From Prasinococcaceae sp. CCMP 1430 (lineage: Eukaryota; Plantae; Prasinodermophyta): a stretch of DNA of 64,000 nt. The stretch lies in NCBI GenBank assembly GCA_013416795.1, contig RQSC01000012.1:1-64000 (forward strand). The letters run 5' to 3'. The notes under the pieces are model-generated. The model was not told the DNA's origin, ran no database searches, and worked only from the letters and a program-made list of their open reading frames with translations. Of the stretch, positions 1 to 7,948 are shown piece after piece. The stretch's first letter is position 1, and the number at the start of each line of letters is the position of its first letter. The translations under genes and the position numbers were made by a program.

Positions 1-231
1 CCCCCCTCGGCCACCACCACCCCGCGGCCGCTCCGTCCCCCCCCGCCGCCCCGCCGCTCACAAAAAACGCGGTACCTCCCCGAGCGAAAACGTAACCGTA
101 GAATCCACCCGCTCCATCGTGCACGTCACTTCCCACGCCGAGTTTCGGACGCAAACGCAAACGCCGCTTAGGCGCCGCGCGGGCCAAGACGCTGGCAAAT
201 GCTTTATTAGAAATGGAAAAAATGGGCGCGC

Positions 232-957
232 TCACTGCAGGTCGCCGTACGCGTCGACAGCGGCCGCGAGCGCGGTGCCGCCGGCACCTGCAGCGCGCAG
301 CTTTGCGAGCTGCCTGTCGAGGCGCCTGCGACCCTTGGCAGTGGTGCGATAGCGGAAGTGGCGGTCGCCATCGGCGGGTCCCCCCTCCGGAACCTCGGCC
401 GCCTTGGCCGGCTTGGCGACGATGCGGCCGACGCGCTGCAGCTGTCGCAGGTGCTCGTGGACCACGCGCGGGGTGCCGCGGGTCGACGCGGGTGACGCAG
501 CCGCGTCCGGGCGATTGGCCGCCCCAAAGACGCCGAGGTTCTCTGCAAGCGCGATGACCTCCTTCTTCGTGGGCGCGGGTGCGCCTTTTTGCTCGCGCGC
601 CGCAAGGATGTGGAGCAGCCCGTCGGCAGTCGCAAATGCGAAGCGGTCTGAAGCAGCCTGGGCGGTCTCATCAACCTCCTCCGTTTGTGTAGCTGCATCA
701 TCGACGTCGGCCGCCTGTTCCTCCACGCCCGCAGCGAATCCACGCGTACCTGTGGGTCGCGATGCCGCCGCGCTCGCCGCAGCCGCTGAACGCAGCGCGC
801 CCCCGCGCAGCCACCCGGCCGCGCCCAAGGCCGCGGCGGGCGCCGCGCTGGCGATCGCGGTGAGCGTCGTGTCTGCGGCGCCGGCGGCGCTCACGATGGT
901 CGCGCCACCGCAGGCGGAGGCGCTGGAGGTCAAGTCGCTCTTCGGTAAGCAGAACAT
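232..957 (-). CDS. Hypothetical protein with C-terminal winged-helix (PadR/MarR-like) domain and possible organelle transit peptide
   Basis: Open minus frame. Only nearby in-frame ATG is at 957. C-terminus LLHILAAREQKG...VVHEHLRQLQRVGRIV...RHFRYRTTAKGRRRLDRQLAKL follows the PadR pattern (L..L...G.I / YY.LT.KGR..L). Start uncertain. Confidence 0.45.
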   Translation of the reverse strand: MFCLPKSDLTSSASACGGATIVSAAGAADTTLTAIASAAPAAALGAAGWLRGGALRSAAAASAAASRPTGTRGFAAGVEEQAADVDDAATQTEEVDETAQAASDRFAFATADGLLHILAAREQKGAPAPTKKEVIALAENLGVFGAANRPDAAASPASTRGTPRVVHEHLRQLQRVGRIVAKPAKAAEVPEGGPADGDRHFRYRTTAKGRRRLDRQLAKLRAAGAGGTALAAAVDAYGDLQ

Positions 958-1399
958 CAAGAACGAGATGGGCGGGCAAGACTCGTTCGCGGCGATGAAG
1001 GTGCGTGCGCCAGCGCGTGCGCCGCGCAGCTGGCGTTCCCCGACGCGCTCATCTGGCGCTCGCTGACACGCTCGGCGCGCCGTCCACGCCAGGCCGCAGC
1101 GGCAGCCAAGGCGGCGGACGAGGGCGTCGCCAGCCAGGTCAAGCTTCCTGAGACGTCGCTCTCGTGCCCGGAGGGCTCGTACCTCGTGTCGGAGAAGTCC
1201 TCTGCTTCTTTCTACTGCGCCAAGTTCGGGGTGTACGTCAGCGCGGCGCGAGCGCGTGCCACCCGTCCCGTGCCTTGGCTGCGCAGCGCTGACATTCGCG
1301 CGCGCGCACGCCCCAATCGCCCCTTTCCCCACGCATAGCGACGAGAACTATGATCCTGCACTCGACGAAGCGAAGGCGCGTCTCGAGTTCGAGGAGTAA
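608..1399 (+). CDS. Small 3-exon protein with thylakoid-lumen-type signal peptide (AxA cleavage) and a Cys pair
   Basis: Hydrophobic AAGAALAIAVSVVSAAPAAL..PQAEA/LEVK. Introns 1001-1092 and 1233-1338 have GT donors, CTGAC branch points and AG acceptors. They join in frame to ...SCPEGSYLVSEKSSASFYCAKFGVDENYDPALDEAKARLEFEE*. Start unresolved (in-frame ATG 608 or 896, or out-of-frame ATG near 762). Confidence 0.55.
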
Positions 1400-1515
1400 G
1401 TCGGCTGGACGAGGGTATGCACAGCCTTCCCGCGGCCGCACCGCGTAGTATCCAGCAAAGAGGCGCGCCCTTACCAGGCGCTGGCGAAAGGATGTTGCGG
1501 GCCCGAGTAATGGGT

Positions 1516-2021
1516 TCATATTATTGGGATCTGGGATGTTGCGACCTTGGCCTCCTCTTTCACCTGTGCATCCCACATCATGCGCATAGTGAGCCGGCTT
1601 TGTTCTTTCTCGTGCCTGCGTTCCAACTGCGTTCGCCGCAGCGGCTCGCTCAGGTCGGCGAGCTGCGCCTGCTCGGCCTCGAGCTCTTTCTCTCGGCGAC
1701 GGACGTCAACGAGCTCTTTTCTCGGCAATCTGCTCTTGCGCGGGGCGAGCCGGCTCGCGCTATGTATCAGAGCGCCGGGGTTGCGACGCGCGTCAGGGCA
1801 GGCTGACGGCGCGCGGGCGCGTGCACAGGCGCAGAGTGCCGCGCACCCCTGCATGACGCGCCAGCGTTGTGGCGGCCGAGCCGCGCCCCACCGCACCCGT
1901 TTCTGTCGCTCGGCACAGGGCGCCGGGGGAACTGCGGCCCGTCAATTTTCGGCTGTGTGCTCCGCACGTTGCGCCACAGACCGGAAAGCGCTCCCGAACC
2001 GCAGTTCGTCGATGGTGCCAT
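1516..2021 (-). CDS. Small hypothetical coiled-coil protein (about 112 aa, 2 exons)
   Basis: Exon 2021-1897, intron 1896-1730 (GTGCGG...CAG), exon 1729-1516. Spliced product reads MAPSTNCG...PSDRNGLPRKELVDVRRREKELEAEQAQLADL...IPII*. Confidence 0.5.
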
Positions 2022-2372
2022 AGTGCGCGTGTTGCGTTCAATCAGTCACGATGCTAGGCGGGACTCGCAGTACGAAAAGTGCATCGCACGCGGCACTGCG
2101 CGGGTCCCGAAGAGGCACGCGCGGCCGGACGGCGGGCGCGGGCGGGTGGGTGGGCGGCGCGAGCCAAGCGTGGCGGGGGCCGCGAGCGCGGGGCGTGTGT
2201 CTTTGGGTGAGGGGGTGAGGGGGCTAGGCCTGCCGAGTGATGGGGCGGCCGAGGGGGTGGGGATGTAGAGGTGTGTGGGCGTCGAGGCGGGGGAGGGGGC
2301 AGAGTGTGGGTGCAGTGGTGGGTCGCAGAGCCGTGCCACTCGGGGCGCGGGCAAGCGCTGCGCGGGTTGCTG

Positions 2373-4106
2373 ATGCCGACGAAAGCCGAGGCAGCGGCGA
2401 AGCCGACCATCGAGGTGACCGGCGCGGCTGTCTCATGGGTGCGTCGAGGATTCGCATTCGCACCTGTCGCAGCGTGGCCGCCTCCTGAAACGGCTGTCAA
2501 CGCCCACGGCCTCGCCGATGGGATCGAGGCCAGCTATGCAAGCGGAAGCATCCAGCCAGCGACTTCCGCGCCACATATGACTCGCACACCAGAAGATGCG
2601 AGTACCACAGCCTCGGATGTGGCGGTGGCCCGACCCGTCCCTGCGAACGCGCAGCGGGGCGGCAGCGACGCAGGAAGTCGCCTCAGTTCGAGCGGCGCAT
2701 GGCAGCAGCAGCAGCAGCAGCAGCAGCCGCCCATGCAGGAGCTGGACGCAGCCAACACTGAGACGCAGGTCGCGCTACTCGTCCAGCTCAACGATCGCGT
2801 GCGCGTGCTTAGCGACCAGCTGCGCGAGCAGGAGAAGTGTTGCGCCGAGGCCGAGCGCCGTGAGGGCGAGGCCAAGAACCAACTCGAGCACGACACGTCT
2901 GCGCTCAATCTGAAGCTAGCCGAAAGGAACCACGCCGTCGCGACCGCGCAAAAGGAGGCGCGCCGTTACGCTGAGGCCTTGGAAAAAGCCAAGGCTGAAT
3001 CCGTCAGGGCGAAAGCGCGTGAGGCCGAGCTGGACGCGACCATTGCAAAGGGCCGGCAGCAGGTTGAAGCACAGAATCAGGCCATTCAGGAGCTGCGCGC
3101 CAAGAGCGACGAGCTGCGCAAATTGCTCACGAAAGAGAAGCAGCTGCGTGAGAAGGATGCGCACGAGAAGGAGGCTCTCAAACTTCACTTTCAGCCATTG
3201 AAAGAACGCAACATAGAGCTCGAGTATCGGCTAGACAATCAGCGCGACGCCATGCGAAAGACCGACGCGGAGGTGACGCGGCTTACAGGCGCACTCAAGG
3301 CACAGGCGGACGCGGCGGACGCCCTCAGCCAACGATTGCGCACGGAGGTCTCCGAACGTCAGCGCGTTTCCGAGCAGGCCGCGCGCAAGCATCTACAGCT
3401 GCACGAGCTGTACGAAGGCACCGTCGAACTCGAGGGCAAGCTCGAGCACGCAGAACGTGAACGCGAAGAGGCGCGCACGGCGCTGGTTGCCACCGTTGCA
3501 GAGCTGAATGCTGCGCGCTCTCGACTGGAGTCTATGGAGCGGCATGCTGCCGACGACCGCTTGGCGCTCGCTGCCAAAGCGCGTGCTCTTGCAGAGCGTA
3601 CAGCGGCTTGCGAAGACTCTGACGACCTCGCGCGCGTGCTGGAAGATGAGCTCAGCCACGCGTGCGAAGTGGCGGCCGAAGCGCAGAATGCTCACGCGCA
3701 GGCCGCAGGCGAGCTGACGTCGCTCAAAGAGGCCCTCGGCGAGCTCCTCAGCGTCTACATGGCGCCGGCCGGAGGGCGCGTGCCCTTCCGCGAGAAAGCT
3801 GAGGCCGAGGTGCGCCTAGGGCGGCTGCTGAAGAGCCTGCGCGCACAGGGCGTATCCACGGTAGACGCCATAGCGCTGCGCAGCGCCAAGAGCTACGACC
3901 CCTTGCGCTCGGGCTCCAGGGCCCGCAAGACGGGCTCGGTGACTTCGCTCTCAAGTGCGAGCGCTCCTACTCCCCCCGAAACGCCGAGCCCGCGTGCGAC
4001 CTCGCGCAAATTGCCCGCCATCGGTGCTTCGCGTTTCGCGGAGGGGGAGGAAGGCGACGTGTGCGAGGCCCCGCAGACGCCGCTGCCCAGGGACGCGCGC
4101 CGGTGA
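2373..4106 (+). CDS. Long coiled-coil protein of unknown function with poly-Gln tract
   Basis: Uninterrupted ORF with heptad-rich E/K/A/L composition over about 350 aa and a Q8 tract near 2703. TGTAA at 4125. Start could be 2373 or 2577. Confidence 0.75.
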   Translation: MPTKAEAAAKPTIEVTGAAVSWVRRGFAFAPVAAWPPPETAVNAHGLADGIEASYASGSIQPATSAPHMTRTPEDASTTASDVAVARPVPANAQRGGSDAGSRLSSSGAWQQQQQQQQPPMQELDAANTETQVALLVQLNDRVRVLSDQLREQEKCCAEAERREGEAKNQLEHDTSALNLKLAERNHAVATAQKEARRYAEALEKAKAESVRAKAREAELDATIAKGRQQVEAQNQAIQELRAKSDELRKLLTKEKQLREKDAHEKEALKLHFQPLKERNIELEYRLDNQRDAMRKTDAEVTRLTGALKAQADAADALSQRLRTEVSERQRVSEQAARKHLQLHELYEGTVELEGKLEHAEREREEARTALVATVAELNAARSRLESMERHAADDRLALAAKARALAERTAACEDSDDLARVLEDELSHACEVAAEAQNAHAQAAGELTSLKEALGELLSVYMAPAGGRVPFREKAEAEVRLGRLLKSLRAQGVSTVDAIALRSAKSYDPLRSGSRARKTGSVTSLSSASAPTPPETPSPRATSRKLPAIGASRFAEGEEGDVCEAPQTPLPRDARR

Positions 4107-4124
4107 TCACGACACACTGTCACC

Positions 4125-4129
4125 TGTAA
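4125..4129 (+). terminator. TGTAA polyadenylation signal (representative; also 24633, 42601, 46353, 55501, and minus-strand 32939 and 38241)
   Basis: TGTAA recurs shortly after stop codons of several genes. It is the known green-algal poly(A) signal. Confidence 0.7.
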
Positions 4130-4145
4130 TTAATGTGTACTGTAC

Positions 4146-5432
4146 CTACTCAGCGGACGACGCAGCCTGTTCTTTGTCTGGCTTGGCATGTTGCCGATTC
4201 TCCCAGCGTGCTTCGCCCGACCTCACGAGAAGGCGCATCTGCGGGCTCCCCATCTCGAGCTCATACTTGCCGTTCGACTCTTTGCAAAAGCGGGAGAGTG
4301 CCGTCGCGTACTCATCTAAGTACACGCGGCCTTCTTGGCCGGCATCAAGCTCACGCATGAGATATCCTGCTTCTGCTGCTGCCATGTCCGCATCTCCCGT
4401 CAGCTCCTCAAGTGCGTCCTGGGCCTCTTTCAAATCAAGGTAGCCCGTTCCATTCGTGTCGTATGCAAGAAAGGTCTCGGCCACAGCAGCGTCTGTGATG
4501 ACACGCGGATCGGGGCCGTCCCAGCTCGCGGCAGCATCGAGGACGGCAGTGCGCACAGCGGCACGTCGCCGAGCCACAACCCGTGCGAGTGCAACCTCGG
4601 AGGCGGCAGCGATACACGACAGGTACAATGGAACGCCGACGAGCGTGTACACGGCCGATGCGAGGAGCTGGCCGCTCCCGCCTGCACCAGGCGCTGAAGT
4701 CCAGCCCGCTGTGGACACCGCGCTGAACGCTGAGAGGAGCGCTTGATGTGGGGGAAGGTTGCTCGAGGCTGTCGCAAAGACTGCACCCACCACAACCCAG
4801 ACAGCCAGCGCGACACTTCGTCTTGTAAGCACTGCCACCGGCCGCCTCAGAGTCTCGGCCGCGCCCGCGGCGGCCTCAACAGCCGCGTTGGCCGCGTAGC
4901 GCGCGAGCACTGTGCTTAGCAGCGCTGCGCCAACCAACTCAAAGCATATTGTAAATATCACATCCACCGGCTCAGCTATCGCCAGGCGGTTGCTCCCCAC
5001 GCTCAGTCCCGCGTCCACTGCCTGGAACACTCCCGCGGCAAGCCGTGCGAAGAGTCCCCCGCCGCCGCCGCTCCACTCGAGGAGCGGGGCACGCAACGTG
5101 TAGTACGCGACGCCAGCAAGCAGCCATCCGAGAGCAAATAAAACGGCGAAGGGCGCGCGCGTGGCCCCTGTCCACTCAGCGTACGACGACACGGCCTGTG
5201 ACTCAAGACCGACTGCGTCGACGTCTCCGTTCTTGCCCGTGTGCCGCCGCGGACGGTGAGCGCGCAGCACCTTCTTTAGCACTTCTCCCCCGGATTTGGG
5301 ACCGTCCGCCCCACCTGCTGCCGTGGCAGCCGCCGCACGCGGCCGCGCGCGCGTGCGCGGCAGCCGCGGCCACCGCGCGGCCCCGGCCGTGGTCCTCCAC
5401 CCACGTGACCGGGGCGTCACGGCCGTGGCCAT
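4146..5432 (-). CDS. Two-pore K+ channel-like (TPK/KCO-type) protein with two EF-hands and non-canonical pore loops
   Basis: Four hydrophobic helices flank two pore-loop positions (AVDAGLSVG; AFSAVSTAGW). EF-hand loops DTNGTGYLDLKE and DAGQEGRVYLDE. R/A-rich transit-peptide-like N-terminus from ATG 5432. Confidence 0.75.
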   Translation of the reverse strand: MATAVTPRSRGWRTTAGAARWPRLPRTRARPRAAAATAAGGADGPKSGGEVLKKVLRAHRPRRHTGKNGDVDAVGLESQAVSSYAEWTGATRAPFAVLFALGWLLAGVAYYTLRAPLLEWSGGGGGLFARLAAGVFQAVDAGLSVGSNRLAIAEPVDVIFTICFELVGAALLSTVLARYAANAAVEAAAGAAETLRRPVAVLTRRSVALAVWVVVGAVFATASSNLPPHQALLSAFSAVSTAGWTSAPGAGGSGQLLASAVYTLVGVPLYLSCIAAASEVALARVVARRRAAVRTAVLDAAASWDGPDPRVITDAAVAETFLAYDTNGTGYLDLKEAQDALEELTGDADMAAAEAGYLMRELDAGQEGRVYLDEYATALSRFCKESNGKYELEMGSPQMRLLVRSGEARWENRQHAKPDKEQAASSAE

Positions 5433-5628
5433 CCCCCCTGGCGCCCAGCCACAGGGGCGGGCGCTTGGAGAGTGGCACCGCGAAATGCGGAAATGGCCAC
5501 AGGGGCGCGCGCGCTGACATGGCAGCGGCAGTTGGCTCGCACAAAGATGCAAATCGAATCTACCAGCATGATGACACAACGCACACATCAGGTTTCTCCA
5601 TCAGGCCAGCCCATATCGCGCGCAGCTG

Positions 5629-7386
5629 TCACGTTGCCACATGCTTGAGCGTCGCGTCTACCTCGTCTGCATCATCGCAGAGGCGCCGCAGGCTCGACGA
5701 GTCGAGCCGCAGGAAGGGCTCGCCGCGGTCGCGGGCGCCGCCTGCACACCCGCCTGCGCTGCCCCCGCTGTCCGCGGCGGCGGCGGAGATGACGCGCTCG
5801 CAGTGCGCAGCGCACGCAGCAGCCGTCGCATTCGCCACGCGCTGCGCGCTGGCGTGCGCCATCCGACGCGCGTGCTGCGCGAGCGCTGCGCGTCGTGTGG
5901 CTAGTTCTCTCCCGCGCGCTGCGTCATCGGAGGCTGCCGCGAGCGTGTCGGCTGCCAGCCGCAACGCCATCAGCAGGAACTTGTCGTCGCGCGGCAGGTA
6001 GTGCAATTCTATACCTCCACGCGCCGCGTGGTACCCGACGAGCGTGCCTGGCGCGCCTGCCGCCAGTGCCTCAAGCTGAAGCTGCGGGATGTGGTACGGC
6101 GCGACTGATGCCCGCACCGAGCCCGCTCGCTCCGCGCAAACCTTGTACGAAGACATATTTGACCCACCGCGCAACCCTTCAGTTGACGCGACAAATGGGC
6201 ATCGCGACTTGACCTCGAGGGGTAGAACGGCATTCAACTCATAATCCGATGGCAGCGCGGATGGCGTTGCTGCGATTGCTGCGCGGAGCGACGCTGCCGC
6301 TGCCGGACAGCCCGCCGGGGCCTCGCCCGCGCCGCCACGCTCGCGCAGGCAACGGAGGAGCGCAGCCTCTTTGCGCGCATCGAAGCACATCAGGCCGTCG
6401 GGTGAAGCACCAATTCGTGGAAGTCCCTCCAGGATGCCGCGCAAAACCGAGCAGTCGCCAGGCTCAGGCACCTGCGAGAGTGGTGTTGCCATGTCCTCGG
6501 ACTTGGCCTTCGCAAGCGCCTTGGCCTTCTTGCGTGCGTTTGCCTTGACGCGCGCCCTCGCTTTGGCGCCCCGGTTGCTCGACTTGACCCCCTTAGTGAC
6601 CGAGCGCGCCGCTGCCGTAGCCTCAGCAGCAGCCACCACACCGACACTCGAGGCGGTAACGCGCGGCACCACGGCCATGAGGCCAACCTCGCACACTGCC
6701 GCCCTGGGGAGCGCTGCGAGCGCCGCCGCAAGCGCCGCGGGCTCTTGCGCGTGGCCCCAATTGCAAGCGACCTCGCCTGGGCCGACGCGGGCTGCGAGCA
6801 GCGCAGACTCAAACTCAAGCCTCAGCGTGTCTGAATCCGCGGGCACATCGTCGGATCGCCCGCGCAGGGCCGCCCTGGCGTCGCACGCGGCCGCTTGCTG
6901 CACCGCCGCCGAGGCGGCCTCATCAGCTTCCGCCGACCCGTTCTCCTCAGCGTCCCAAGCCCACACCTCACCGCGCGCGCCGCGCAGACGTGAGCGCGCC
7001 TCATCCATCCTCACGGGATTCTCCGCGCTCTTGGGCAGCCCGAGCGTTTTAGCCATCCCGCAACCGCGCTCGTAGAACCCACAGAGCGCCGCGAGGGACG
7101 ACCCCGTGAGCGAGCGCTCACGCGCAGAGCGCCACTCTGGCGTGTGCTGCCGTGTGTTGGCGAGCTCCAGTGGCGAGCGCGGTGGGGCGCACTGGGGCCT
7201 CTCATCGCCGCCGCGCGCCAATCTGTCGCCACGCGACCCCTGCGGCGGTAAGGCGACGTAGCGCGGGTGGTGCGCGCGCAGCTCGGCCTCGGTCGGCGCG
7301 AGCCAGCCGACGTTGGGCACACGGTGGCCGCGCACTCGTCCGGCGCCCCGCGGCGTGCGCGCGTCCGACTTTTGCGGGGCTTCCAT
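5629..7386 (-). CDS. YqaJ-like (lambda-exonuclease family, PD-(D/E)XK) nuclease
   Basis: Motifs in family order: EWRSARERSLTGS, WGHAQEP, GASPDG, LEVKSRCPF, YHIPQLQLE. Confidence 0.85.
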   Translation of the reverse strand: MEAPQKSDARTPRGAGRVRGHRVPNVGWLAPTEAELRAHHPRYVALPPQGSRGDRLARGGDERPQCAPPRSPLELANTRQHTPEWRSARERSLTGSSLAALCGFYERGCGMAKTLGLPKSAENPVRMDEARSRLRGARGEVWAWDAEENGSAEADEAASAAVQQAAACDARAALRGRSDDVPADSDTLRLEFESALLAARVGPGEVACNWGHAQEPAALAAALAALPRAAVCEVGLMAVVPRVTASSVGVVAAAEATAAARSVTKGVKSSNRGAKARARVKANARKKAKALAKAKSEDMATPLSQVPEPGDCSVLRGILEGLPRIGASPDGLMCFDARKEAALLRCLRERGGAGEAPAGCPAAAASLRAAIAATPSALPSDYELNAVLPLEVKSRCPFVASTEGLRGGSNMSSYKVCAERAGSVRASVAPYHIPQLQLEALAAGAPGTLVGYHAARGGIELHYLPRDDKFLLMALRLAADTLAAASDDAARGRELATRRAALAQHARRMAHASAQRVANATAAACAAHCERVISAAAADSGGSAGGCAGGARDRGEPFLRLDSSSLRRLCDDADEVDATLKHVAT

Positions 7387-7948
7387 GGCGCGCCACTTCT
7401 CCCGCTGGCCGCGCGCCCGCGCGCGCGGTCCTGAAGCTCGCCAAGATTTGGAAGAAGATGTCGGCATCCCTCGACCAGCGCCGGCGCCGCCCGCCCGCAG
7501 TGTGCCCGCCGCCGCCGCCGTGTGGCACGCGGCGTCCCGTCCTTTCGGCGCGCGTGGGTTGGGGTTACTGCATGATCGATGGTTTAAGGTTCAGGGTTCT
7601 GAATGGATTCGGCTCCCCCGCCGCGCCGCCGCGCTGCGGCGCGCGGCAGAGCCCGGCCGAACCGGCGGCTGCGGAATTCGAACCGCGGGTACGAGAGCGC
7701 GGGTTTTCATGGCTGGAACGAATGGCGCGGATCTGTCGGGGGGAATTTCGCAGCCCGTTTTTGTCTGTTTGAGAGATCGGCGCTCGCGATCGGAGCCGGT
7801 GCGTTTCGCGCGGGAGCGAGCGCTTGCGAGCGGGCAAGGGGGTCGGAGGGGAGGGGAGGGGAGTGTTGTTGGCACGCGATCGCGGGGTGTGGCACACGCC
7901 GCGCGGTGGGCGCGGCCTGCGGCGCGGCCGCCGACCGGGCGGGCCGCC

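Noticed and set aside
5568-5574. ATGATGA between YqaJ and TPK
   Set aside because: No matching D box or terminal stem.
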